From an uncultured Acidobacteriota bacterium (GTDB taxonomy: Bacteria > Acidobacteriota > Terriglobia > Acidiferrales > UBA7541), in NCBI GenBank assembly GCA_963696605.1, contig CAVOKV010000006.1, positions 86,786-150,785 on the forward strand: a stretch of DNA of 64,000 bases. Direction: 5' to 3'. The position numbers and the translations under genes are program-made. Below are positions 9,575 through 19,021 of the stretch, piece after piece. Numbering within the stretch: position 1 is the first letter of the stretch; each line of letters begins with the position of its first letter. The notes under the pieces were generated by a model. It was given only the letters and a program-made list of their open reading frames with translations. It was not told the origin of the DNA and searched no databases.

Positions 9575-10275
9575 TGCTGTTCTCCTGAACTTGGATAGAG
9601 TCGCTTGGTCACCACGCGTTCCAGCGGTTTTCCAAATGCGTCTTTGCCAGTCTCGTGGAATGAAATAGCATCGAGGGCGATTTTCTCAACGGACCCGTCG
9701 TACAACTTGTCGCCATCCCTCAGAAAATAAACTCGATTCTGCGAATTTGAGACGACTGCGATCATTCCATTGGGGCTGCGCACAATGCCGTTGATGCGCA
9801 AGGTCTCGACCATCAGACCCGCCTTTCCGGGCGGAAGATTTTCCGTCGGCGCAGTGCCCGCTCGCGCCTTGGTGAGCAGGGTGTCGAATGGATCGCGCCG
9901 CGCCACGGGCTTTTCCTCCGGGGGCTTTTCGACCGGCGGGGTAGGCGGATTGGCTGCTGCCTCTTTGGTGGCTTCTTTAGCGGGTGCCGGCGTTGTCGCA
10001 GGGGCGGCCGCTGGAGTTGGAGCCGGAGCCTTTGCCGGGGCCTTTGCGGCCGCGGGACCCGCAGGTTTAGCCGCAGTCTTCGCTGGGGCCTTCGCGGCGG
10101 CGGGCGCAGGGGACTTGGCAGGAGCCTCTTTGGTCGTTTGGTCGTGCGCCGCGCTTGGCTTGGCATTGGGTTGGTCTTGCGCCAAGGCAAACGTGGCAAG
10201 AACCGCCGAGAGGGCCAGCGGCAACAGGGTTCGTGATGGTTTTGCGAGTCGCATAGTCAGTCGGCTCAATTCCAC
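9571..10275 (-). CDS. pilP: PilP-like pilus assembly protein with long Ala/Pro/Lys-rich linker
   Basis: 234 aa. Signal-like N-terminus, about 75-aa AP-rich low-complexity tract, C-terminal beta domain (INGIV...VVSNSQNRVYFLRDGDKLYDG). Lies between pilO and pilQ. Start may be ATG 10254 rather than GTG 10275. Confidence 0.8.
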   Translation of the reverse strand: MELSRLTMRLAKPSRTLLPLALSAVLATFALAQDQPNAKPSAAHDQTTKEAPAKSPAPAAAKAPAKTAAKPAGPAAAKAPAKAPAPTPAAAPATTPAPAKEATKEAAANPPTPPVEKPPEEKPVARRDPFDTLLTKARAGTAPTENLPPGKAGLMVETLRINGIVRSPNGMIAVVSNSQNRVYFLRDGDKLYDGSVEKIALDAISFHETGKDAFGKPLERVVTKRLYPSSGEQQ

Positions 10276-10911
10276 CTATTTGTGAGCGGCCGGTTTCTTG
10301 CCCGCCGTGGCAGAAGACGTATCCGCCGGCTGGCTAAAGAACGTCGTCACGGTGCACGTTCCAGTGACTGTGGTACCGGGTCGTACGGGATACTTGGACC
10401 TGGACGGATCGGAAAGGCCTATGAAGGAAAGGTCTCCCACATTGATAATTCGGGACAGGCGGCTGAGACGGGTGAAGAAATCCTCGATGCTGAAGTACGG
10501 CCCGTCTACGCTGATTAGGAAAGGAAGCTCATAGTGAAAATCCTTAGGAACAACCGCCTGCGCCGTCAAACTGCGAATCTGCACGCCCGAGGCGGAGGCA
10601 GCTTCCTGAAGCAGCCGCATGAATTCATCCACTTCTTTATCTTCCGGAACGATGGTTTTGAGCGTCTCCAATTGCTTTTCCAGAGCCGCCATTTCCACTT
10701 TGAATTCGGCATTGCGGCGCTCGTAAACTTGCAATTCCGCAACCTGGCGATTCAAATCGGAATCCTTGGTGTGATTTTCATCCAGCGTATTCCGCATGGC
10801 CGCCACAGGCGACATCGGCATGTATTCGCCCGCGCCAAAAATGACCAGCGCCAGCGCGAAGAAGATCAGCGCTTGCAGGTACCACGGATATTCGCGGAAC
10901 GAAATCGCCAT
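10276..10911 (-). CDS. pilO: type IV pilus assembly protein PilO
   Basis: 211 aa. One N-terminal TM, a coiled coil, and a ferredoxin-like C-domain. Operon position fits. GGGGGAG SD. Confidence 0.85.
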   Translation of the reverse strand: MAISFREYPWYLQALIFFALALVIFGAGEYMPMSPVAAMRNTLDENHTKDSDLNRQVAELQVYERRNAEFKVEMAALEKQLETLKTIVPEDKEVDEFMRLLQEAASASGVQIRSLTAQAVVPKDFHYELPFLISVDGPYFSIEDFFTRLSRLSRIINVGDLSFIGLSDPSRSKYPVRPGTTVTGTCTVTTFFSQPADTSSATAGKKPAAHK

Positions 10912-10919
10912 CGCTCCCC

Positions 10920-11579
10920 CTAGAAACTCGTCGCCTTGCTCGGCATTGGTGTCTTGGCAGCCGAAGCGGAAGGCGCGGCGCCGCCCGCGGGTCCCGGCAT
11001 GGCGGCTGCGGATTGCGTCAAACCAAACGTGGTGGTCAGCGTGAAATTAAAGACTTCCACGGCCTTGTTGGAATCATCCTGGTGCGATTCCTTTATTTCC
11101 ACGGTTTGGAAGTACCCCGAGCGCTTGAGCTGTGTGATGTAATTGGCAACCGCGTTGATAGAACCCGCAGAACCGTTGATGGTCAGCCCGTCCCCTTTAC
11201 GGTCCACGGAAGTAAGCCACAGAGTATCGGTGCGGCTGACGGTATTGGCGATGGCTTCGAGCAATTCCTGGCCACCGGTGCGATTCCGCTGAAGCCCTTC
11301 AATGACGCCGATCCTTTGCTGCAGGACGGCTTTTTGCTTTTCAAAATTGTCCACTTGCTGCTTCAGCTGTTCGAGGCGGGCCTTCTCGCCCATTTGTTTC
11401 TGGATGTGCGCCGCAACTTTTGTATTCTCGCGATCGAGCAGCAAGTAGTGCCCGTAGAGAGCCCCGCCGCTCACCACCAGGGCAATCACGAGCAGCACAT
11501 ATTGCAGCGTGGCCTCGAGAGGCACGGTTGTGCGCGTGGCTTTGGGTCGCGCTCTTCCTAGTAAGTTGATGCGAATCAT
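10920..11579 (-). CDS. pilN: type IV pilus assembly protein PilN
   Basis: 219 aa. MIRINLL N-terminus (PilM-binding motif), a TM and a coiled coil. ATGA overlap with pilM. Confidence 0.88.
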   Translation of the reverse strand: MIRINLLGRARPKATRTTVPLEATLQYVLLVIALVVSGGALYGHYLLLDRENTKVAAHIQKQMGEKARLEQLKQQVDNFEKQKAVLQQRIGVIEGLQRNRTGGQELLEAIANTVSRTDTLWLTSVDRKGDGLTINGSAGSINAVANYITQLKRSGYFQTVEIKESHQDDSNKAVEVFNFTLTTTFGLTQSAAAMPGPAGGAAPSASAAKTPMPSKATSF

Positions 11580-12628
11580 TGTTCGTCAAAACTCCTGAGC
11601 GCGAGCCCCACCGCGATTGCCAGGCGGGGAGCAAGTTCCCGGATTTGATCCTCGTTGTGGCGCGCTGGATTGATAACGATTTTGCGAAATGGATACATTT
11701 CCTCGACCGGAATGGCGAACTCTTCCCGCAGCACATCCATCAAACCGGGCACGCGCGCGCTGCCGCCGCCCACGACGATTCTCTGGATGCTCTCACCCGT
11801 CGCGGTAGCCCGGAAGAAGTCGAAGGTCTTTTGGATTTCGAGAACCAGGATGTCCGTCACTGAGCGCAGGATGGTGGCGCGGTGTTCCTCGGCGACGCCG
11901 GCGATATTCTCGCCGCGCTTGAGCCGCTCGGCATCTTCAAAGCTCAGGTCCAGTTCCTTCTGTAGAGCATCGGTGTATTGATTGCCTCCGACCGAAACGT
12001 CGCGCGTAAACAGGGGAATGCCGCCGCGCACGATATTGATGTTCATCACGCTGGCGCCGATGTTCAGCAAAGCCACGGTCTGGCTGGGATCCGGATCGTA
12101 GTTCACTTCGTAGCAATTCTGCAGAGCGAAGGCATCGATATCGACGACTGTGGAGTTCTTTCCCGCTTGCGCCAGCACGTTGGTGTGGTTCAGAATTTTG
12201 TCTTTCTTGACCGCCACCAGAAGAACATCCATTTGCGAGTCGACCGATTCGAGCAGCTGGTGGTCCAGGTTTACGTCCGCGATGTCGAAGGGAATGTGCT
12301 GGCTGGCCTCGGACTGAATGCGGTCGTAAAGCTCTTCCTCGGTCATGGTGGGAAGCGAAACCCGCTTCACAATTACCGAGTGGCCCGAGACCGCAGTGGC
12401 CACATTCTTGGTCTTGATCTTATGGGAATCAAAGATATTGCTGATGGCGCCGGCGACTAGAGGGGCGTCCATGATCGCGCCGTCCACCACCGTATCCTGG
12501 GATAATGGTTCCAGCCCAAAACTGACGAGTTCGTACCCGTGTTTTGTGCTTTTCAACTCCACGGCTTTGATGGAGCTGGAGCCGATATCCAAACCGACGA
12601 GAGCCTTTTGTTTCGAGCCACCAAACAT
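11576..12628 (-). CDS. pilM: type IV pilus assembly ATPase-like protein PilM
   Basis: Actin-like fold with LVGLDIGSSSIK. The track ORF starts at TTG 12634, but GAGGGG lies 7 nt before ATG 12628, which I prefer. Confidence 0.92.
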   Translation of the reverse strand: MFGGSKQKALVGLDIGSSSIKAVELKSTKHGYELVSFGLEPLSQDTVVDGAIMDAPLVAGAISNIFDSHKIKTKNVATAVSGHSVIVKRVSLPTMTEEELYDRIQSEASQHIPFDIADVNLDHQLLESVDSQMDVLLVAVKKDKILNHTNVLAQAGKNSTVVDIDAFALQNCYEVNYDPDPSQTVALLNIGASVMNINIVRGGIPLFTRDVSVGGNQYTDALQKELDLSFEDAERLKRGENIAGVAEEHRATILRSVTDILVLEIQKTFDFFRATATGESIQRIVVGGGSARVPGLMDVLREEFAIPVEEMYPFRKIVINPARHNEDQIRELAPRLAIAVGLALRSFDEQ

Positions 12629-13121
12629 ATCCAAACCCCTCAGGAATCCTTCGCTTGCTGGATCTTTCTGTCTCTGCTTCGCGATCCGCTCAAGCGCCCG
12701 GCTCAGATTGACTTGGAAACGAACCCAACCTCACACCCGCGCTTGCCATAATCCAAAACTGTTCGCCTAATTTGCGCCTGCCTGGTTGCTTGGACCAATT
12801 TCCGTATCCACCGTGCTGGCAATGGCCGGAGCAAATCTCTTACTTTGGTCGATTTCCCCAACAAGGGCCCCATACAGCCCCGGGAACATGACGCGGCATC
12901 TGAATCCACTTCCGCGGAGCGATCGCCGCGTACAGCGAATTTGGCATCCCACACCTAGAGTGTCAAGCAATGGGATTCGCAAGTTGTTCTGAAGAATACC
13001 GCTTAGACGGCTGACCACGTGGACAGGAAAAGGGCCAAAAGCACAAGCTGTGTGGTTTAGTGAATACTAGGACTACTATTACTAGTATGGCCTTTCCAGA
13101 CACTTTTTGCGGAACTTTATG

Positions 13122-14576
13122 TTACCGCGCCAGGCCCAGCGTCTGCCAGATCGCGTCGATTCGCCTTTTGGTGACAGAATCCATGACAATTTCGTCCGGC
13201 CAGGGGCGCCGGAATCCTTCACTTTCCCACTTGCGCGTCGCGTCGATCCCCATTTTTGAGCCGTAATCCTGAATGCGCGAGGCGTGGTCCAGCGTATCGG
13301 CAGGGCCCATCACGAATTCCACATCGCGTTCAGGATCAATTGCGCACAGCGATTTCCAAACGACTTCGCCCGAGTCCTGCACGTTTACATCGTGATCCAC
13401 GACCACGACCACCTTAGTGAACATGGCCTGCCCCAAAGACCAAATCGCATGCATGATTTTTCGCGCGTGGCCAGGGTAGGACTTGCGGATGGAAACAATC
13501 ATCAGATTGTGAAAGACGCCTTCGGCCGGCATGGCCACATCCACAATTTCGGGATATTGCATTTTCATGACGGGAAGAAACACGCGCTCGACGGCGTGCC
13601 CCATGAAAAAGTCTTCCTGCGGAGGCGGGCCTACAACCGTAGTGAGGTAAATAGGCTCGCGGCGCTGCGTCACGCAGGTGACATGAAACACGGGAAATTC
13701 GCCTTCAAGCGAGTAGAAACCGGTGTGATCGCCGAAAGGCCCTTCGGTGCGCATCTCTTTTAAGTCCACATAACCTTCGAGAACGATCTCGGAATTCGCG
13801 GGAACTTCGAGATCGCAGGTCTCGCACGGAATCATTTCCACGGGCTCGCGACGCAGAAATCCGGCGAACATCATTTCGTCGAGATCCGGCGGAATGGGCA
13901 GGATGCCGGACAGGCAGGTCATCGGGTCCGATCCAATTGCAACCGCTACGTCGATGCGCCCATCGGGATTGGCAGCGCGCGCGCGGCGAAAATGTTCGGC
14001 GCCGTGCTTTTGCGTTTGCCAATGCATTCCCGTGGTGCGCTCGTCGTAGACCTGCATGCGGTAGACGCCCACATTGCGCTTTCCAGTTTCCGGATTGCGC
14101 GTAAAAACCAAAGGCCAGGTGATGAAGCGCCCAGCGTCCTGCGGCCAGCACTTTAGGATCGGAAATTCAAATAGCGAGAAATTTTCGTGGCGCACGATTT
14201 CCTTGCATTGCCCGTTCTTTACGGATTTCGGAAAAAAGGAACCGAGTTCCGCGAGCTTGGGCAACATCTTGATTTTATCGAGCAGGCCCTGCGGCGACTG
14301 GATGTCGAGAAACCCGCGAATGCGCGCCGCCACGTCATCGATGTGGGGAACTTCCAGGGCGAGATTCATGCGGCGCTCACTGCCGAGCATGTTAATGAGC
14401 AGAGGAACGCGCGAGCCCTTCGGTTTTTCAAACAGCAGCGCCGGGCCACCGGAACGCGTCACGCGATCGGTGATTTCCGTGATCTCCAGGACGGGATCGA
14501 TTTCCACGGCGATGCGCCGCAGCTCGCCTTCTTTTTCGAGCCTGGCAATGAATTCGCGTAAATCGCGGTACGCCAA
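13122..14576 (-). CDS. UbiD-family (prenyl-FMN dependent) decarboxylase
   Basis: Conserved UbiD blocks (VGVYRMQV, HWQTQKHGA, GPFGDHTGFY). The track ORF extends to 14681. GGAGGA followed 4 nt later by TTG 14576 gives the canonical M-AYRDLREFI..LEKEGEL N-terminus. Confidence 0.9.
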   Translation of the reverse strand: MAYRDLREFIARLEKEGELRRIAVEIDPVLEITEITDRVTRSGGPALLFEKPKGSRVPLLINMLGSERRMNLALEVPHIDDVAARIRGFLDIQSPQGLLDKIKMLPKLAELGSFFPKSVKNGQCKEIVRHENFSLFEFPILKCWPQDAGRFITWPLVFTRNPETGKRNVGVYRMQVYDERTTGMHWQTQKHGAEHFRRARAANPDGRIDVAVAIGSDPMTCLSGILPIPPDLDEMMFAGFLRREPVEMIPCETCDLEVPANSEIVLEGYVDLKEMRTEGPFGDHTGFYSLEGEFPVFHVTCVTQRREPIYLTTVVGPPPQEDFFMGHAVERVFLPVMKMQYPEIVDVAMPAEGVFHNLMIVSIRKSYPGHARKIMHAIWSLGQAMFTKVVVVVDHDVNVQDSGEVVWKSLCAIDPERDVEFVMGPADTLDHASRIQDYGSKMGIDATRKWESEGFRRPWPDEIVMDSVTKRRIDAIWQTLGLAR

Positions 14577-14713
14577 AACATCCTCCACTATTTGTAGGAC
14601 CAGCCACTGTCGCGGCGGACCGGTTTCGACAATCGCAACGCGACACTCTAGCACGAAACGCCGCCCATTGAATTCTTGCAAGACCCCGGCGGGTTTGGTA
14701 GCGTTAGCCTAGA

Positions 14714-14787
14714 GCGGGCGTAGTTCAATGGTAGAATAGGAGCTTCCCAAGCTCTAGACGTGGGTTCGATTCCCATCGCCCGCTCCA
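14714..14787 (+). tRNA. tRNA-Gly (anticodon CCC), CCA encoded
   Basis: Hand-folded cloverleaf. Acceptor GCGGGCG/CGCCCGC, D arm GTTC/GAAT, anticodon stem GGAGC/GCTCT with loop TTCCCAA, T arm GTGGG-TTCGATT-CCCAT, discriminator T, then CCA. Confidence 0.93.
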
Positions 14788-15222
14788 GATTTCGAAAGGC
14801 TCCTGCAGCAACAACACCAAAATTCTTTCAGGGATTCTTAAGGCCCCGTGCAACAGCATCTTTGTCAACGTGGCGGGACGCATCGCTACGTTAATGCGCC
14901 GCGTCGGCGAGTCGGAGCGCCGAAACCGGCAGGGCGTGCTCCGCACACTCGTAAATCCCTGCATACTCCTTCTTGCCCTGACCAAATATTACCTTCAGAT
15001 TGGGGGACTAGCGGGCTACGGAGCGTTTGAGTCTGCAGCCGGAGTTCAAGTCGGAAATTTGACAGCTGCACTCAGGACTACATGTAGGATTTCAGACGGA
15101 TGCGGAAGAGAGTTAGCCTCTGGGTGAAGACTTTTGAAGTGAGAGCCTCAGGATCTCGATTCGCAATGAGTGTGATTCGTCTAGGATTCGCTGTCCGTTC
15201 CAAGCCCTAGTCAAATGAAAAT

Positions 15223-15253
15223 GGGGGGAGGAAGCCTAAGGCTTCCTCCCCCC
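15223..15253 (-). terminator. intrinsic terminator of pilA
   Basis: GGGGGGAGGAAGCC-TAA-GGCTTCCTCCCCCC (14-bp stem), followed on the minus strand by ATTTTCATTT. Sits 24 nt after the pilA stop. Confidence 0.85.
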
Positions 15254-15276
15254 ATCGTATTTCTAGCCGATCGGGC

Positions 15277-15735
15277 TTAGTTACCGATCGCCAGGTCGGT
15301 GGCCTGTGCCGCTGAACTGGAATTGGAGCGAATCACCAAGCTCTGATCCGTAAAGTAGTGAACCGTCCCGGACGAGCTGGAGACCGGATCTGCCCAAATT
15401 TCATAGACCGTCTTGCCAACTCCGCCGTCTGACCAGCTGAAGTTATATCCGCTCTTGGTGCCGGTCGCCAGAACCGAGTCAATCAAGTCCGCGGACGTCG
15501 AAGTCACCGCGGTTCCAGTAGCCATATCGGCGATCTTCGAGGGAAACTGCTGGTAATTGGTTTCATACAGTATCGAAGAAGTGTTGAGCGTGCGCAGCGA
15601 AGCGACCGCAGAGGCCTGGTTGGCCGCGATTTTCGAGCGCAGCAAGTTCGGAATTGCGATGGCCGCGATGATCAGGATGATCGCCACGACGATCAGCAAC
15701 TCGATGAGTGAGAAACCCTTTTGTTTCTTGCGCAT
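15277..15735 (-). CDS. pilA: type IV pilin (major pilin candidate)
   Basis: 152 aa. Class III signal MRKKQKG|FSLIELLIVVAIILIIAAIAIPNLL (G-1, F+1, E+5). AAGGAGA SD. The track ORF (to 15993) over-extends upstream. The C-terminal half is Ser/Thr-rich and has no Cys pair. Confidence 0.93.
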   Translation of the reverse strand: MRKKQKGFSLIELLIVVAIILIIAAIAIPNLLRSKIAANQASAVASLRTLNTSSILYETNYQQFPSKIADMATGTAVTSTSADLIDSVLATGTKSGYNFSWSDGGVGKTVYEIWADPVSSSSGTVHYFTDQSLVIRSNSSSAAQATDLAIGN

Positions 15736-15810
15736 TAATTTCGTCTCCTTGGAGGCTCCAGTAAGTTGAATCCGACACCTCGTCCCGCGTTGGGGCACTG
15801 ACCGATCTAA

Positions 15811-15830
15811 GTGCATTGCGGTGCCCAATT
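15811..15830 (-). promoter_or_regulatory. candidate sigma-54 (-24/-12) promoter for pilA
   Basis: Minus strand TTGGGCACCGCAATGCAC has GG-N10-GC spacing, an imperfect TGGCAC-like -24 box and a TGCA -12 box. It lies about 80 nt upstream of the pilA ATG and is embedded in the inverted repeat TTGGGGCAC...GTGCCCAA. Confidence 0.3.
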
Positions 15831-16277
15831 GAAGGAATATATATCGGTGTGGGAGCCAAACGACCAACAGATTGATTCTAATGGCTTTACTCATAAATTT
15901 GATCCCTATTTGGAACTTTCTGGGTCCATTCAACATGGATTTGAGGTTGAGCATCGCCATAAATTGTCGTGCGGAACGGGCAGAAGTTGACAATTCGCGG
16001 CGGAGCCCATCGAAAAGCGCAATCTTTAACAGTTAAATCGGAAATTCCATAAAGAATCTTGCGAGCTTTGGTTCTTGTCCTCCGTATGTTCCGAAACCGA
16101 CGCCTGAACCCTCCGGGCGAGCCATTGAGGCTCTCGGGAATCAGCGGGTGGCCGAAGGGACGGGCGGTACTAGCCTTCCAATTCACTGAACCTCAGACCA
16201 GTATTTTTTTGGGAGCCCACGAAGTAGTCTGACGCTGGAGTACCGTAGACCCACACCAGCGCCGTGGGAGGGAAAAC

Positions 16278-16886
16278 GTGTTCTGCGAACGCTGCGGTTT
16301 AAATTTTCTGCCCAAACAATCTGTGTGCGCGCGCTGCAATGTCGCAGCGACGAGGCACTGGTTTCAGCTGATGAGCCTGGTGACGCTGCTGGTCGCGGTG
16401 CTTTGCAACGCACTGATCGGGCTGCTGGTGCTGCCTCGGCTCGCCGCCGGAGGCCACTCACACTTCTTGTTCCGAGCGTGGCTGTGGTTTGACAACAAGG
16501 CTGCGTTGTACGGCTGGGTGCCGCTCGCCTGCGGGCTCCTGGCGTGGGATTATTTCGTATGGAAGGCGGCCAAACCAAAGATCAAGGGATGGTTCACGCG
16601 GAAGCTGCTCACCTTTTCGTTGGCCGCCGGGCTGGCCCCAATGCTGCCTTGGTGGATTCCCGCAGGGCAGCCACCTGGAGAATTTTTGGCAATGATTGGA
16701 AAGTATCCGGGCGTGCCCGCTCTTCTGGCGTGGGCCGTAATCCTGGTCGTTACCGTGCTCCTGTGCATCAACGCGGAATCGCGCGATTATTTGCTGGGTC
16801 ACGGGAAGGCGCTGAGCGTGGTTTGCTTGGGGCTACTCCTGCTGGTCCTGACGTTGACCGTGGTAAGTTGGTCGTTCACCTATTGA
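16278..16886 (+). CDS. hypothetical membrane protein with N-terminal zinc-ribbon
   Basis: 202 aa. CERCG...CARCN ribbon, then about 5 TM segments. GTG start after GGGAGGG. Confidence 0.7.
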   Translation: MFCERCGLNFLPKQSVCARCNVAATRHWFQLMSLVTLLVAVLCNALIGLLVLPRLAAGGHSHFLFRAWLWFDNKAALYGWVPLACGLLAWDYFVWKAAKPKIKGWFTRKLLTFSLAAGLAPMLPWWIPAGQPPGEFLAMIGKYPGVPALLAWAVILVVTVLLCINAESRDYLLGHGKALSVVCLGLLLLVLTLTVVSWSFTY

Positions 16887-17130
16887 GCGGAACCGGGTTG
16901 CGCAGCCGCAGGGAATCTGCATCGTCTCCAGATTGCGATGTGCCCTCCCCTATCTGACAAAAATGTAGTGCCTGCAAGGTTACACACTGATCGAGCGAGA
17001 AATGGCCGGCCCGGCGGTAGATGATATCATCGGACTTGTCTTGATCATTTTGCATCGCCAGTCATTTGCCGGCCTGTAGATCCATGGACTCTAAACGCTC
17101 AGGGGATGAAAGCACTTCCGAGGACCTAGC

Positions 17131-18474
17131 GTGACAACCGCATTGGTAGAGACGGAGCGGGAGCCTCGTGGAAGTGGCGATTCCCCTGTTTCCGCCGATG
17201 ATGAATTTTGGAGATGGTCCACGATTTTCTGGCCGCTGGTCGTTGCCTTTGCCGTTCGCCTTTCTTTTCTGCTGCTATTGAAAACTTACCAGTTCGACCG
17301 AATTGACGATAATCGCATCACCGGTGAGATTACCAATATTGCGGCGTCGATTTTAAGAGGACACGGGTTCAGCTCGCCCTTTAATGACGTATACACTGGG
17401 CCAACGTCCTGGATTGCGCCTGCCTATCCCTACTTCGTTGCCACCGTTTTCCGATGCCTGGGGCTCATGAGCCGGGCTTCGGTCCTCTTCATTGTGACGA
17501 TGCAGTGTCTGTTTTCCGCCCTAACGGTCGTTCCGCTCCTCGGAATCGCCAGACGCACCGTCGGAAGTCGCGCTGGTTTGTGGGCCGCCTGGACCTGGTG
17601 TCTGTTTCCCTGGTTCAGCAAATGGAGCGTCACCTGGCTGTGGGAAACAAGCGTGAGCGCACTATTTGTTTCTCTCCTCTTCTGGTATGCGCTTAGCTTG
17701 CCGGAATCGCGCGCACGCAAAACTTGGATGGGGTTCGGAGCACTTTTTGGTTTAGCAATTTTGACCAATCCCGCGCTCAGCATGCTTCTCCTCGTTTTTC
17801 TCGCATGGAGCAGCTACGAGGTGCACCGCCGCAAAATGGAGTGGCTCAAACCGGCGCTGGCTTCCCTTTTGGCGTGCGTGATTGTGATTTCTCCCTGGAT
17901 GATTCGCAACCGCGTCCAGTTCGGGCAATGGGTGTTCGTGCGCAGCAACTTCGGATTTGAGTTCGCCCTGGGGAACTACCATTTAAGCCTCGGGCGCGGC
18001 TGGGGCGGCACGCATCCCAGCGGTAATCAAAAGGAATTCAACCAATACATGCATATGGGAGAGATTGCATACATACAGACGAGGCAAGGGCAGGGATATC
18101 AGTTCGTGCGGGATTACCCCTGGGAGTTCATGACTCTGACCGCAAAGCGGATCGGTTACTTCTGGGATGGAAGCGCAATGGAATATTTTGGTTCGATCCC
18201 GTGGTATTGGGCGCCTTCCAGCTATCTTGTCGTGTCGCTCTTGCTGCTTCCCGCATTGCTGGTCGCGCACCGGCGAAAATTGTACGCGTGGCCCATGTTT
18301 TTTGGGGTACTTCTCTTGTACCCCTTGCCATATTATTTGACCTTCAGCCAGATGCGCTACCGACACCCTATCGAACCGGTAATTTTGCTGCTCATTGCTT
18401 ACGGGGGCGTGGAGACGGCCGACAAATTTGCATCGCTCCTTGGGCGATCTGACGAACGCGCTGGCCGGACCTGA
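17131..18474 (+). CDS. GT-C fold (ArnT/PMT/GT39-like) membrane glycosyltransferase candidate
   Basis: 447 aa with about 10 TM segments. N-terminal loop GEITNIAASILRGHGFSSPF...PTSWIAPAYP resembles ArnT/PMT_2-type glycosyltransferases. Function assigned from memory of the family, not from a search. Confidence 0.65.
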   Translation: MTTALVETEREPRGSGDSPVSADDEFWRWSTIFWPLVVAFAVRLSFLLLLKTYQFDRIDDNRITGEITNIAASILRGHGFSSPFNDVYTGPTSWIAPAYPYFVATVFRCLGLMSRASVLFIVTMQCLFSALTVVPLLGIARRTVGSRAGLWAAWTWCLFPWFSKWSVTWLWETSVSALFVSLLFWYALSLPESRARKTWMGFGALFGLAILTNPALSMLLLVFLAWSSYEVHRRKMEWLKPALASLLACVIVISPWMIRNRVQFGQWVFVRSNFGFEFALGNYHLSLGRGWGGTHPSGNQKEFNQYMHMGEIAYIQTRQGQGYQFVRDYPWEFMTLTAKRIGYFWDGSAMEYFGSIPWYWAPSSYLVVSLLLLPALLVAHRRKLYAWPMFFGVLLLYPLPYYLTFSQMRYRHPIEPVILLLIAYGGVETADKFASLLGRSDERAGRT

Positions 18475-18562
18475 AGGCTTCGAGCGGCAGTGCAATTTTT
18501 GGGCCTGTGCCCCGTTCGGAATCGACCTGCAACCATGCGCGCTTCAATACATCGAATCGGGC

Positions 18563-18982
18563 ATGAACAAAAGCGATTCTCTTTCCATCAGAGTCGTCCA
18601 TCCGAATCAGTTCACTCAAGGAACCACGCAGACGCCTGGTTCGCTGCGTCTCGCGGCAGTGTCTTCTGACCTGGGGATTCGCTCGGCGCTGTGGGCTGGA
18701 ACGTTTCTGGTCGAGCCCGGAGCGCAAACGGGGATCCATCATCACGGCCAGCAGGAAACCGTCGCGTACGTGCTGGAAGGCAAATCGTTCATCCAGTGGG
18801 GCGAGCGCGGAGAGCATTCCCTCACGGCGCGCGCGGGGGATTTTATTCACGTGCCGGCCTGGCTGGTGCACCGCGAAATCAATCGGTCCAAAGATAAGCC
18901 GTTTCGGTGGGTTGTGATCCGAAGTACTTCCGAGCCAATCGTCGTCAATCTGCCTGAGGATGAATGGAAAAAGGCGCGCTAG
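18563..18982 (+). CDS. cupin domain protein
   Basis: 139 aa from ATG 18563 (the track ORF starts earlier at 18395). Cupin motifs GIHHHGQQETVAYVLEG and GDFIHVPAWLVHREIN. Confidence 0.8.
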   Translation: MNKSDSLSIRVVHPNQFTQGTTQTPGSLRLAAVSSDLGIRSALWAGTFLVEPGAQTGIHHHGQQETVAYVLEGKSFIQWGERGEHSLTARAGDFIHVPAWLVHREINRSKDKPFRWVVIRSTSEPIVVNLPEDEWKKAR

Positions 18983-19021
18983 CGGATTTTCATTTAGAAA
19001 TCCAACGCGCGCGCCTTTTTT
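18968..19021 (+). terminator. candidate bidirectional terminator between convergent genes
   Basis: AAAAAGGCGCGC ... GCGCGCGCCTTTTTT with an inner hairpin GGATTT/AAATCC. A-run on the left and T-run on the right. Confidence 0.45.

Noticed and set aside
13064-13088. AT-rich inverted repeat ATACTAG-N11-CTAGTAT between the UbiD stop and the pilM upstream region
   Set aside because: The symmetry is real, but it has no T-tract (so it is not a terminator), no second copy, and no regulator gene nearby. I cannot assign a function, so it is left unannotated.
14788-15222. Integrated element or att site next to tRNA-Gly
   Set aside because: There is no integrase ORF. There is no duplicated tRNA 3' segment; the best match is only 7 nt (TCGATTC). 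The composition is not obviously foreign.
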